A stretch of DNA of 64,000 nucleotides. Origin: Camelus ferus. Its lineage: Eukaryota. The stretch lies in the NCBI RefSeq assembly GCF_009834535.1, contig NC_045701.1:58838001-58902000 (forward strand). The letters are read 5' to 3'. Under the pieces are notes generated by a model. The model ran no database searches. It had not been told where the DNA came from and saw only the letters and a program-made list of their open reading frames with translations. The translations under genes were made by a program, and so were the position numbers. Every line of letters starts with the position of its first letter. The stretch's first letter is position 1. Shown here in pieces: positions 51,346 to 64,000 of this stretch.

Positions 51346-51889
51346 ATTTTAAGAAAGATAATCACAGGGTGAAATTAAATAAATAATGAATCTTCCTGAT
51401 GTTTTATTTAATAAATTATCAAATGGATTAATGTATAATCAAGGATCTTTCTTTTGCATCTTACTAGAACTCATCAAACTTGAATTTGTCCTCTAATTAA
51501 GACTTAAAATTTCAGTTACTTTTTTGTGGAGGCTAGGTAATGAGATTATAAGACTGCAACTGTGAATCTAGTTATACTTAATCAGCAGAACTAGTCAATG
51601 TTTCTCCACATCATAAAGCACTAATAAAGTAAAATCTATAACCAAAGTAAAATGTAATCACCTTATACGTGAACTTGACTTGTAGATTCCCAGCATCAAT
51701 TAAAAATTAAAAATTAAAGGGGCTTATTGTTTGCATTCTTTGTAGTATTTATAAAAGCACTTGCTTTGTGTTTCCTAATGGTTTCTCTACATCCGTATAA
51801 TCAATACGGTGGATAACCATTACCTTAAATCTAAGTTCAGTGATAACATGATTTTTAATATCAATACATTACATTTGCACTGGAGTGCT

Positions 51890-52610
51890 ATTATCCTTGA
51901 AAGTGCTTCACACTGACTCTCTCTTCCTGTATCCAGATTTCAGTTAAGAGCGTCATATGCATTCTCATGCCCAAGCCAGAAACAGACATAATTCTTAAGT
52001 CTTTTTCACCTCCAAGTTCTATCTGTACTTCATAAAAAAATCTCTCCATCCCAATCCCTCTTGCTCTCCAGGGCCACAGTGTCTGCCCCTCCACGTCTCA
52101 CAAGACTGCTGTGGAAGCCTCTCAACTCACTTCCAACCCCTGGCCTGTTCCCATTCCACCTTCCACATTGCCAGAGTGCTTTCTTAACACCAATCTGAGA
52201 GAGCTCTTATCTCACTGAAAAAAACCTCAAGCGACTCCCTACTGTCAAGAGAATAAAATCTATAGTTCTCAGTGTGCCATCCAATAGCTTTAAGTTTCTC
52301 ACAGTGCAGTTCAATCTACCATTCCATTCTCCCTTCCCTTTCCCCAGGAGGGCCCAGGCACACCTGGAACCATTGTCATTATCCCATCATGCCAGCTTTA
52401 CGGTTCTATTCATTTGTACTCCCTGAACCCTCTCCCTAGGAGGTCCTCCTGCACAATTTTCCAGCATGTGACATCCTTCAAGACCCAGAAAAAGAGACTA
52501 GTCAGAGCAGCTGCTATGGACAGTTCTAAAGAGGACATGGAAGAGGAGAGGAAAAAAAATCCCCTAAGTTCCAGCATCATACATACTTGCACTATAGTAG
52601 ATTAGAAACA
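51890..52610 (+). mobile_element. L2 fragment
   Basis: ccattccaccttccacattgccagagtgctttctt...gtgacatccttcaagaccc. Confidence 0.65.
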
Positions 52611-53542
52611 GCAGTTGGAATTACAAACATACCATTAACGAAGGCTAAATATTTAAAAATCTGAACTTGAAACAATTGCCCTCAAATCAAGAACTCTCTA
52701 TAATAATAGCCCTGATGTCAGTAAGCAATTAGCCAGGGGTGGGTCACTATGGGCTGTGAATCAGGCTGGGATATAAGAGAAGGTCAGTGATATTGCAGAA
52801 CAAGGATGGTGGAAGGAAAGAACCGGGACCAGAACCATGACATCTCCCCTAACCCTCCTGGCTAAGGTTCACTGACTGCTTTTGTGCGGAAGGAGAAACA
52901 GGATGATCTAAAGCATAATCCTGGTCCAACTCTACTTCTCTTCCTTCTCATTTTTCACCCACAGCAGACATCACTCACCAATCCCAGCAATCTTTTTCAC
53001 AGCATTCTTCTCATCTCGTATTGATGACTCAGTGCATGCATATATATACTCACACACACACAGTGCACACGCACATGCACACACATAATACTCATCTGCT
53101 GCCGTGTTCCTAAGGTTCTCAGTATTCATCCCAGAGCACCTACCCAGACACCTTTCTGCCTAGTATTTCTCAAATATTTTCCAACTACTTAAGTAAGCAT
53201 AAAAGAAAAAGAAAAGGAAGTGTGTATTCCAAGGGTCTGCAGATGAAGCCAAGGTATGTGATGGAGTAAGTATATTTAAAGTCTCAATTTTGAAAACTAC
53301 ACGTGAATTTACTCTTCAATGCATCCATTTATTTTGTAATAAAAAAATAGTGTTTTAAAAGGCTTCCTACTGGAGAAAATTGACTTGGTCTAGTCTGACT
53401 CTGAGTGCCCTTGATCCTTAGCCAAGTGTCTGCATACCTGTTTGAGATGCACAGTCTGTCCAATTCTGAAAGCCATATGCACTCTCAGAGAAGCAGCCAC
53501 TTCGCGGAGGCTGATTTTGCTTATGAATCAAGAATCATCTAT

Positions 53543-53599
53543 GCTCTACGCTAAAAATTGACACAACATTGTAAACTGACTATAACTCAATGAAAAAAA
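53543..53599 (+). mobile_element. 57-nt camelid L1 3' tail with a 13-bp TSD
   Basis: gctctacgctaaaaattgacacaacattgtaaactgactataactcaatgaaaaaaa, flanked by aagaatcatctat at 53530-53542 and 53600-53612. Confidence 0.9.
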
Positions 53600-53759
53600 A
53601 AGAATCATCTATAGGCTAAAAGACAAAACAGCTCTGTACCCCTTCATTGTTCTAGAAACCTAGAATCTGGGAGGTAAAAAAATAAAGGATTCCTCTTTGA
53701 AAAAGCAAGAAGGGGGAATATGGTTTTAAGTAGGACTGTTCTTTCTGAATAGTCTTCCC

Positions 53760-54030
53760 CATGCCTTATCTTCCTAATTTCTTATACTTTAAAACTCAGT
53801 TCCAGAACCACTTCCAGCAAAAATCTTTCTCTAATCTTTCTTTCTGTTCAGATACTTGACATAGCATCATGTACATCCCTCCATCATATTTCACAATAAA
53901 ATATAATTATTGCTTTATTTAGCTCTTTCATTAGACTATAAGTTTCTTGAGGAAAGAGGGTTTTTTTTAATGCTCTATCCATAGCACTTAGCATAACACC
54001 TGACATGTAAGTGTATAATAATAAAGAATT
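53760..54030 (+). mobile_element. L2 3' fragment
   Basis: attagactataagtttcttgaggaaag...ccatagcacttagcataacacctgacat. Confidence 0.65.
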
Positions 54031-54351
54031 AGTTCCTTTCTCTTTACTATTGTCCCCCGTGAGCCCTACATTATAAAATATTTTTGTCTGCTAAAAGTAT
54101 TTTACAGAACATAATGATCAATCAATGTTTCCATTTTATTAGTCAATGACATTTTACCTGAGCATGCCGTAAAAATAATAAGCAGAAAATGTTTTTTGTG
54201 TTAAAATCACTTACTACTTTAGACTGTTTGTGTTTTGCTTTGCTCATATGAATTCATACAAGTCTTAGCTAAAGGTGTAAATCTCCAACACAAAGTCCTT
54301 ACAAAGTCATTCACAGGACTTAGTGCAAAACAATTTCCTGAGTTCATTGTA

Positions 54352-54560
54352 AAATCATAGAATCCTGAAACAAAAGGAATATAAAGACTATTGGAAGTAC
54401 TCTAATTCAACTTCTCATTTAACAAATAAGCCTACTTTTAAACATCTCTGGTAAGTGATCATGCAGTCTCTCCTTGAACCCTTCCAGGGTCGGAGAACAC
54501 CCTACTTCATGCTTCAGCTCTTCGTGAGCAGCTCTAGTTCCTGAACCCACAGATTTTTCC
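54352..54560 (-). mobile_element. MIR3/L3 (CR1)-like fragment
   Basis: aatcatagaatcctgaa...ctctaattcaacttctcattt...tctccttgaacccttccagg...gcagctcta. Confidence 0.5.
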
Positions 54561-56929
54561 TGCCATGTGAAGAAACAGCAATATACACAGGCAAGGCCGA
54601 GCAGAAATGGCAGAAGCTGGCACAGATTACCAGCCCAGCAGTCAGGAAGTGGGCCCAGCACCTGAATTCAATTACAAAACCCATATGAAGAGTTTCAGCC
54701 AGGCCATCTTTGCTGGGAGCACCCGAAATACATTTTTCACCAGGCCCAAACTTGCTTTTAAGTTCCATTTCATTGGAGCCTCTTTCATCTTAAGTAACTG
54801 CTCAGACTTTAAAAGGTTAGAATTGAATTGGAAAGAATGTAATGTCTTGTCCTCCACAGACTAATGAAAATTTAATTCACTGCTATTATTCCCATTACTA
54901 ATAGAAAATGAAGATCCAACTTGTAATGGTCTGCACCTCAATGCAGCAACCCAGTTTTGGGGGCAGAGCTGCCAGGTGAACTGCCAGGTGCTAAAAAAGA
55001 GGAGCTGTTCATGGCAACTGTGTCAAACTAATCTCAGGGCAAACCACTGCATTTTATTATGTAAATTCTCAGGATAATTGAATGCCTTATCAAGGACATC
55101 CATCCAATTAATTTTTTAAAATTAACAGAATTCATTTATCATCAGACAGTTTTAATCATAACTGTCAAGAATTGTTTTTATTTTTTAAGTTAGCACTCAA
55201 GAGTTTTTAAAAGAAATTCTAAGTGGCATGACATAGGAAAATTTTTTACTGATTATTCTTATAACTCATAGAAATAGGAGCAAGAATATACAGCATAATT
55301 GATTTAATATTGGTCACATGAGTTATACACAAAAGATTCAACTCCTACTTCTAATCTCTGTGAATAGTCATTGATGCTGTGAATTTTGAAAGCCTATGAA
55401 AATGTGCTCTTATTTCAGTATGGTACTGAGACCATTTTATGTAATCAAACAGAAAAGTAAAATAAATCATCAAATGATGAAATTCTGACACTGAAATACT
55501 TGATCCTCTGCTAGTGACTGTAGATATTATCAGAGACATAACAGCTACCTCAAGGCACTTGCAGCTAGACAAGGAGGAAGAAACATTCATGCACTTGATA
55601 CAATACAAACAAGTATGTGTATGATCATCATTAATGAAAGGCTAGGAAGGACCCCAAATCCTTAGTTTACTATTTCAATAGGCCCCTAGGAAGAATGTGG
55701 CATAAATAAATATTCCATGTGTTACTAGCTATGACTTGAACCCCATCATCTGGTCCCTGATCTTGATCAACCTAGCAGGATTTCACTAGAAGACTCCTTG
55801 GCTATGTCTGGTTTTTGGTCTTGGCTGGAAGGAAATAAAGAGACTTATACAAATTAGTGGTCATCACTACTTAGATTAACTAAACGATAGTGCAGTCCTC
55901 TGCTACCTACTCAAGAGGCCACTGGATCCTAAACTAAGAAAGTATATAAAGTGTTTGTCACATTGCCTGCCTGCCTAGCGCTAGGTGCTAAATAAATGTT
56001 AACTTCCTTCACTTTTACCTATTTCTTCTCTTTTCCTTAACTACTTCCATTCTCCAATCAAGGTACAGAGTACATTGTTACACTTGAGCATGGTAAAAGA
56101 AAACCAGCTAACTCCTTGATACAACTGTCCAGACCACTGCATTTGCAAATCTCAGTGCTAGTTATGCATAAAGGAAAAGTTTACAAATTATCTCTTGTAT
56201 CTAAGGGAAAACCCTGAGCTAAATTCTTCTCCATTTAGATAAAGTTAATGTGAGTCCTTTGGAAAATCTCCAGATAGAGGAAGGAACATTTGGCCCACAG
56301 GCCTGATTCAGCCCACTGCCTGATTTCATCCAGCCTCGAGGTGAGAAAGCTCTGGGCAGCCCTGTACAGAAACACCCCGACAACAGCTCTTACTGCTGAG
56401 CCCCAGGGGCCTGCTGGGGTCACCTCATTTAGAAAAGTCACTCCAGTTTAAGGATCTAACCAATTGTAAAGATTCAAATTACAATTTCAGAGGGAAGTAA
56501 AGCCAAGAACTCTGAATCTAGCCAAGATTCTAGAATTTACGAAAGCTTTCTTACCTACTTCTCTTTTCCTTTTTCACAAATCCATTCCTTTATATAGAGA
56601 TAGGGATAGAAATAGAAATACAGATGTATTTCTTGCTTCCTCAAAGGGCCTCCCTCCCACTATGTACTTCTCTCTCCCTCTTCCATGTCTTCTCCACTCC
56701 CCTACCATTTTGTCTGTGTCCATTCCAGAGGTCAAGCTTTCTCCCTCCAGCACAATCCCTCTCCCCTCCATCTTTACCTCTCCTCCTGTGTCTCTTCTCC
56801 AGTCTCTCCAGCTGAGACTCCTTCTACTATTTCCTTCTATCCCTGCAAGATAAAGCTGAATTCCATGCCCAGGCTTTGTTGTCTTTAAAGACAGTTTTAT
56901 TTTTCCTTATGCTATATTTCCAAGGCAGA

Positions 56930-57245
56930 AAGGCAGTGTGGTACAACAGGGAGAGCAGGAGGCTTGGGAGTCAGAGGTGTAGCTTTGGCTTTGCTCAGAA
57001 GCCACATTTGTAAAATGAGAATCACTCCATAAAGGATATCAGTGTCTCATCCATTCTAAACCTTCTTAAGGAAGGTTAGTGATTATTATGCAAATAAATA
57101 AAATTGATAGGGAATTAATAATAATAAGAAGAATAGCAAACATTTATATAGTCCTTACTATGTGTCAAGAACTACAAATTAGCTCATTGAATCCTCAAAC
57201 CACTATAAAAGGTTGACACTAAATGTTGTGCAGAAAGGGTGAGAC
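56930..57245. mobile_element. Two MIR fragments (plus strand about 56930-57060, minus strand about 57130-57245)
   Basis: aggcagtgtggtacaacagggagagc...ggagtcagag...tgtaaaatgag; gcaaacatttatatagtccttactatgtgtc...ctcattgaatcctca. Confidence 0.65.
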
Positions 57246-57260
57246 TTTAAAACAAGAGAG

Positions 57261-57421
57261 GGGGAAGGTAAAGCTTAGTAGCAGATCGAGTGCTTAGCAT
57301 GCACAAGGTCCTGGGTTCAATCCCCACTACCTCCATTAAAATAAATAAATAAGTAAACCTAATTGCCTCCCCCTCCCTCTCCAAAAAAAAAAAAAAAAAA
57401 AAAAAAAACCCGAAAAAACAA
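57261..57421 (+). mobile_element. Vic-1-type camelid tRNA-derived SINE
   Basis: ggggaaggta...tgcttagcatgcacaaggtcctgggttcaatccccactacctcc...taaacctaattgcctcccc plus an A26 tail; 12-bp TSD aaaacaagagag at 57249-57260 and 57422-57433. Confidence 0.92.
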
Positions 57422-58146
57422 AAAACAAGAGAGAGAAAGAGTGAGATCATGAGTAAATTTTTTCTCTTGCAAACATTTCTTTTATTATTGTTTTTACAAC
57501 TTTAAAACAAGGCTGTGGAGTTAAAATTTCTACTTCACTTTGAAAAGCAACTAAACTAAGTCCCATTTTACTTATACACAGTCATTTATTTTATTTGCTG
57601 ATTTTTTTTTCCTTGCAGGACAGGATCCTTCATAGGCAAAAAAAAAAAAAAAAAAAAAAAGTTCTAGGCCCTTGTGATCAACTGATGTACCAACCCTACC
57701 TTTTATGAACTGAAAATTATATTTCACAAGATTCATAATAATCTGATTCTACAGTGGAGCATAAAACATCAACTCAACATTCAAAGGACACCTTCACATA
57801 AACTATCACAGTGTAAACATAGTCATTGTGCATTAAGGGTTAAAGGTTGTGATACAACTAAAAGTTAATTTTGATGTCCCCTATCTGGCAGAATGGCAAA
57901 GCTTTTTTGTTTTTTTAACAGATTGATAAAGATTCCTTTTGGGAACAACATTCCTGGGAGTTATTATAATGGTCAAATAACTATTGAGCGCAGAGACGAT
58001 CATTACACTTCAAAAAAGAAGTAACAGAAATGGCCTTGACAGCCCACTGCAAATCGTCCCTACTCCTAATACATCTTTACTTTCCAGGTAGGATACTTCT
58101 GGGACTCACTTCTCTAGAAAGTACATTTCCTCTCTTGAAACAAAAT

Positions 58147-58214
58147 TTTTTCTTTATTGAAGTACAGTCAGTTACAGTGTGTCAATTTCTGGCGTACAGC
58201 ATAATGTTTCAGTC
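58147..58214 (-). mobile_element. 68-nt camelid L1 3' tail with a 9-bp TSD
   Basis: tttattgaagtacagtcagttacagtgtgtcaatttctggcgtacagcataatg, flanked by aaacaaaat at 58138-58146 and 58215-58223. Confidence 0.88.
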
Positions 58215-61200
58215 AAACAAAATATTTTTTTAATTCCTCCATATTATTCATAGAAATGAAACCTATTTTACTTCTGAGACTTCTGATACGCAAACATCCA
58301 AATTATAAACAGGAACTGCTTGATCTTTAAAAGAGTATACAGTTTCTAGGAAACAATACTAGGTGTTTATTCTTTCTCATACTTCTGGTAAAATAAAATA
58401 GGAACACTTCTCAAATGCCATGGATTCAATTAAAAAAAAAATCACACAAGTTCAATTCTGGTAATGCTAACATGCTAGGCTGCAATTTACCCTTGTATTA
58501 TCTATAATAAAGGCTTGCTAAACAAATTAATAGTATGATCAGCAGTAGTAACTCCAAAATTTCTATATGTGATGGTGATTAGGGGCTACAGTCTGAATGG
58601 AATAGAAGCCAGTTGACTTAGTATTTTGAAGCTGCATTTGCACAGGAAGCACCCTATTTTTACTCTGATGATGTGTCTATGCATAAATAAATAGTAAGAG
58701 TAGTACGGATTTTTAAAACTTTTGTATGCACACTTTACATAAAATTGAGAGAACGTTAATCGTTCACATCTGAGGATGTTTGTTTGTTTGTTTGTTTTGA
58801 CTTTAGATGGCTGATGGGGATTATTAGAGGGAGAATTAACATCTTCCCGTACCCCAACCTCAGCCATCGCCTGGTGATCAGAGAAGGAATGTTGTCTAAA
58901 GGAACAACTGGTTCCAAAAACTTTAGCAATGACTAAAGTGTACACAGAAGTGTACAGTGTACATAGAAACAGTGAAGAGACAAATAGATACATCAGTTAT
59001 TTGGACACTGCAGATTCACACAGACCCACCATTTAGCCCTTCCCACAGAGGTTGAGACAAGCTACTGGCCATTCGAAGAGCTAAGGTGGGAATCCAGCAT
59101 GGCGTCTCCAAGTCCACACTCTTTCTCTCACTTCACCAGAGCCAGTGTGGAAAAAGCATGGTTCAGTAACCCTTTGAGAGCCACAAATTGTTACAGCACA
59201 TTCTTGAAACTAATGAAAGCGTTTATAAGACTCTTCCTCATAGACTATGTTGTTATTTTACTGTATTTATGTTTACATTCTAGTTATGTATTTAAGTATC
59301 ACCTACTCAACTACATACATTGTGTGTGTGTGTGTGTAAGCATACACACACACAGTAAGTGCCTAATAAAGGTTTGTTGAATAAACAAGTGGATGATTCA
59401 GTGAGATTTTATTAAACTGTGAAACTATTGCTGCTGTGTGAACAGTGATCTATACGAGAGTATCTGGAATTATTGATTTCTGAGAGTTAGAAAGCTTTTT
59501 AAGTCCTCCATTCATAAAAGATCTTTGAAAAATCGCAGAATCTGTGTGCAAAATGGAATTTGTAAGTGCATTTTTCTGAGCAGAGATTCCAAAGCTTTCA
59601 TCAGATTCTCCAATGGAGGGTCTGTGATTCTGAAAAGATAAAAAATTACTAACCTAATGTATCCTCGTCTATTATACTTTCTCTGTCATATAAATGACCA
59701 GCCCAAGTATGCTTACATACATCCTGTGACAAGAAACTCACCACCATATGAGGCAGTTCAGGCTATTTTCATATTCACAGCTTAACTTCTGATTGACTAC
59801 ACTTCCTTCCTCCAGAGTCACACAGAACATATCCAGTCCTTATGCCACTTGACGGCTCTTTATGTATTTTTAGATGGCTGTCATAACCCGTTCTATCTTC
59901 TCTTGTGTAGGTCATAAATCCTCAGTTCTTTCCACTAGAGTCAAGATTTCTGCTACCATCTCTCCCCTCAGTACACTCAGGACTCTGTGCAGCCCCACGT
60001 GTTGTCAACCCTCCCTGAGTCAACCCTCACCTGGTTCTGGGCATCCTCAGTTAATGAGACCAATAGTTCACCATCTCGGGGCAGCTGGCTCACCTCACTG
60101 ACTAAGAGTTAACTTATGAGAGTTAATGTCCAATAAATTTTCTCTATTTTTTTTTCTTAATTGTGTTGCAGTTTCACCATGACTTTCCCATTTTGTTCAT
60201 ACAGTTAGTCTGAGGATCTTACTGCAAGATTTTACAATTATCCCTGTCAAAGTTCCACTTTTAAATGTAACTTTTTTTTCAGCTGAGGTTCCTCTGAATT
60301 CTCAAGTCTCATCATTTTATGTTGGTTAGTCACATCTCTCATCTAGACAGTAAGCCTGGAGGAATGGAGAAAGGGGACATAGCTCCTGCTCCTCCATTCC
60401 CCACAGCTCCCAGCAAAATGCTGAACGTGAGGAGGAGAGTCAATACATCAGCACTTCCTGAAGTTTTAATATGCATTTAGCAGGCTTATTTCCCTGGGTT
60501 GAGGTCCTGTGGACCATGTAATGTGATCTTGAAGCAAGTAGTCTACAAACCACATTTTGAGAAACCTTGATTTTTCAGGATCTGTTGAAAAACTCATGCC
60601 AAAGGTAGATATGACATTGTTTTTTATTCTTATGCTCATAAATCAGATCAGCAATAATGTGGATACATACAATTTTCTGTTGTATAGGAGTTGTTTTTAA
60701 AAAATAAAGATTTAACTATGCATAAAACAAGATCCTAGGTACTTTAAAAGGTGTGAGATATTCAAGAAGTTGCCCACGTTCAGGAAGCAAGAATTTGGTT
60801 TTTATAACAATCTTATGCAGTAGATGAATTAGAAAATCCATTTGGGGATTGAACATGGAAGTTAGAATGCAGAACTGTTTCAGCCAACATGGTTTTCCAG
60901 TGAATAATTTGACATAAATATACAGATGAAGAGGCAGAGGACTAAGGACAGAAGTATATGATGCTTTTAGCATTACAGAATTAGTTAATGAATTCCCCAA
61001 ACATTTTAGAATATACTGAATATTTATGGAATTAGATTCTACAGTAAACATTTAAAAAGATCAGGAGAAAAGAACAAACAAAAGAGGTGACTACAGATAT
61101 CATGTTTCACATTTAGGTTAATAACCACAAATTGGATAAAATGATACAGTTCCTTAAGAAGTGGGAATGTTACAGTATGGCTTGTTTCTCAACAATGGAG

Positions 61201-62099
61201 AACTAGAAAAGAATTTAAAGAAGGCCACAATTTTGTGGAGAGTGCATTTTCTTAGGAAGCCAATTTGAAGTTAACTGTGATTTTTGTGATGAGCACTATT
61301 GCTGGTTTCATTTGTGTGCTGTTCACTTTTGAGAAATACGCCCACTTTAACCACCACAGGTAAGGTAAGGAGTATTGTTCTCTTTTACGAAGTAATGAAG
61401 ATTTTGGTATAACTAACACTTTCCTTTCTAAGTTTCTCCCAATAAACAGCAACCTCACTATTGCTTAAATATCAGTAACTGGGAGACAATCTGTCTTTTT
61501 TCTGGGCAATTCTAACTATTAGAACTTTCTCCTTCCTTAAGTAGAAATCTATTTCTCTGATTTACCCACCAGTCCCAATTTTGCCCTGTGAAATCAAGCG
61601 GTCAAATCTTCTTTCTTTGCTTCATAAGACTTCTTCTAGTATTTAAATTTAACTTTCAGATCTCCTTTAATTCTCTTTTTCTGGCTAAAAATTCTTAATT
61701 TCTCAAACATAATTTTTTTCTAGAAGCTACGCCTATCTAGTCACCTTTCTCTCACCATGCTGTAGTGTCTCTCAAAGTGTGGCACCCATCCTTTAGTACA
61801 AGACTCCTAATTTGGTCTGCCTAGGACAGAATCTAGAGGAACTCATATATTACCTCATACAATGTACACCTAAGAGTTTCTAGTAGTATGACTTAAGATT
61901 ACATAAGTTATTTAGTAATTTCACCATACCACTAGCTCTTATTTAGTTAATTATGACCCTCAAAGTTCATCCCCCACAATGAACTATTTTGAGGTGTTCT
62001 GAACATATTAAACAGAATTTGCAGAATTCTACAGACCTATAATCTATAATAAACTATTCATAATTTTACAGGCTACTCTTCTTTCCCTCCCCTCTAAAA

Positions 62100-64000
62100 T
62101 CCCCTAGCTTTGAAGCCCAGGTCACTATGTCCTTTCCTAAAGATATCAGCACCTGATTCACCGTACTCTCCAATTTCTGCCACAGTTCTTTGCAATTTCA
62201 GTAATCATATAGGTGATTATTTCACTCCCAGCCTTGCCATTCTTCTGGATGCCATTCCTGATGATCTTGTCTTTCACTCCATCTCAGTCTCCTACTTCCC
62301 CCAACAACTGTACCCACTCCTTAATCTCTATCTCAAACATCCCCCCTCAAATCTTATCCTTTCCAGATCCCTTACTCTAGTACCCTGGCTCCAGCTGTTC
62401 TTCAACCATGCTAGCATGTACAACCCACATGTTTATATCATCTTTTCACTGTGCTTCACCCCACTCTGTCCTCCTTCCCTCCTCCCCAGACTCCAGTGAT
62501 CCATCCAGTTTCAACACACTGTTTATATCATCTTTTCACTCTGCTTCACCCTCCTCTGTCCTCCTTCCCTCTTCCCCAGACTCCCTGACCCATCTGTATT
62601 TGCATTGCTTTGCACACATCCTCAAATCCATTGCCCATCTCTTCTTGTCATGCTCACCAAAAACAAAAACAAAAACCAATCCAACTGTTCATCTACTCCA
62701 AAGCAACACTAATGGGAAAAAAAAAGATAACATTTATAATAACTGGTCTCACTTTAAGGCTCATGACCATCAACCCCAAGTGAGCCTTAGGGATGCTCAG
62801 AATTCCTACAATTTCCCCTAGACCTTTCACCCTCCTAATCTCCTACACAAAAACTCTATAACTTCTCCCTTTCTCTCAAAGTTCCAACTCCACTCCTGCC
62901 TTCTCTCTGCTATTGACCTTGCTTCCTATTTCATCGAACTTCCACGTGTCCTCAGCCCCACCCATGCACCTGTGCCCCCTTCTTTTCCTCCAGTTATATC
63001 CATGAACTGTCCTTAGGTCTATTTAACATCAACCCTCCACTGTGTACCGATCCATTTCCCCTCGCCTACTCAGGGACATACTTGCAGGAAATGCCTCCTC
63101 TCTTGTGCACCATCGATCTTTCCATCCCTATTGAATCATCTGTATCATCTTACCAATATGTTTTAATATCTCCCATAGTAAAATGATAGATAAATATATA
63201 AAACTCCCTTTCTCTTGATCCCAATACCCCAGACAGTTCCTTCCTATTTTTCTAGTTTCCTTCCTCAAAAGAGTTATGCCTACAGATACTGTCTATTATT
63301 TTCTCCTTTTCTATCTTCACTAAAACCCATTCCATCCAAAGTTTTCCCCTAAAACTTCACAATAAAACAGTTTCATCAAATTCATGACTACTTCATTGTC
63401 AAATCTAATGACTGATTCTCAGTCTTCATCTTATCCAAACTATAAGCAGCATTTGACAGAGCTGATCATTCTATCCTTCTTAACATACATTTCTCTGCCT
63501 TCTGGAATCCCATTTTTTCAGTTCTCCCTCTACATCACTAAGCCACTTTTACTTGGTTTCCTTTACTAAAACTCTGAATATTTGAGTATCCCAGGACTCC
63601 TTGACCTCTTCACTATGAAAACCCACTCTCTCTTGGCAATCTCATCTCTATGCCAGCAACTCCCAAATTTATATGCCCAAACCAGACCACTCCCCATCCC
63701 CGACCTCTACACTTCCTACTTGCACTTCTACATTTGGATATCTAATGGGCATTTCAGAATTAACATTTGCAAAACCAATGTTTCTTTTTCCCTAAAACCT
63801 GCCCCTCCCAATTCCAGCTAATAGCAACTCCATTCTTGCATGTGCTGAAACCAAAAATGGTGTCATCCTTGACTCCTTTCTCTCACATGCCATATACAAC
63901 CCATTAGGATCCAGGGTTAGCTTTACACTCAGTATATCTAGAATCCAACCACTTTCACCTCCTCCAATGCTATCAACCCAGTGCAAGCCACTATCATCTC
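62100..64000 (+). mobile_element. Long decayed L2 body, running off the window end
   Basis: Pyrimidine-rich L2 motifs: attctcagtcttcatctt...cagcatttgacagagctgatca...ttggatatctaatgggcatttcag...tggtgtcatccttgactcctttctctcacatgcc...tatctagaatccaaccactt. Confidence 0.85.
62425..62600. repeat. Two-copy tandem duplication with a 90-bp period
   Basis: tgtttatatcatcttttcact...ccccagactcc starts at 62430 and again at 62520; 4 mismatches over 65 bp. Confidence 0.95.

Noticed and set aside
55474-55495. atgatga followed by ctga, like snoRNA C/D boxes
   Set aside because: Spacing is far too short, with no terminal D box or stem.
57261-57335. tRNA-like sequence with a B box
   Set aside because: It is the head of a SINE with tail and TSD, not a tRNA gene.
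60817-60852. AVDELENPFGD, resembling the bestrophin NPFGED motif
   Set aside because: Followed immediately by TGA, with no flanking similarity; a chance short match.
62110-62821. Overlapping 129-aa and 137-aa ORFs
   Set aside because: They lie in pyrimidine-rich L2 plus the 90-bp duplication, and the composition is low complexity.
1-64000. CRISPR arrays, operons or other prokaryotic systems
   Set aside because: The sequence is eutherian repeat-rich DNA, with no regularly spaced repeat-spacer array and no long ORFs.

Overview
Mammalian nuclear DNA, most likely from a camelid (alpaca/llama/camel). The taxon call rests on a Vic-1-type tRNA-derived SINE and camelid-type L1 3' tails. The window is AT-rich, CpG-poor and repeat-dense, with one 229-N gap, and looks like intergenic or large-intron sequence. 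I recognise no protein-coding gene, RNA gene or CRISPR array. Most ORFs in the track are chance frames or decayed L1/transposase fragments. The most structured object is an ancient decayed hAT-Charlie transposon (about 22.4-25.3 kb) with a Tigger13a-like element and a MER5-like MITE nested inside it. The best unexplained stretch is about 12.9-13.5 kb: CpG-retaining, with a 122-codon open frame and an in-frame 27-bp duplication. I could not support a novel biological system from the sequence alone. Repeat subfamily names come from my recall of consensus sequences, and most repeat boundaries are approximate (+/- 20-50 bp).
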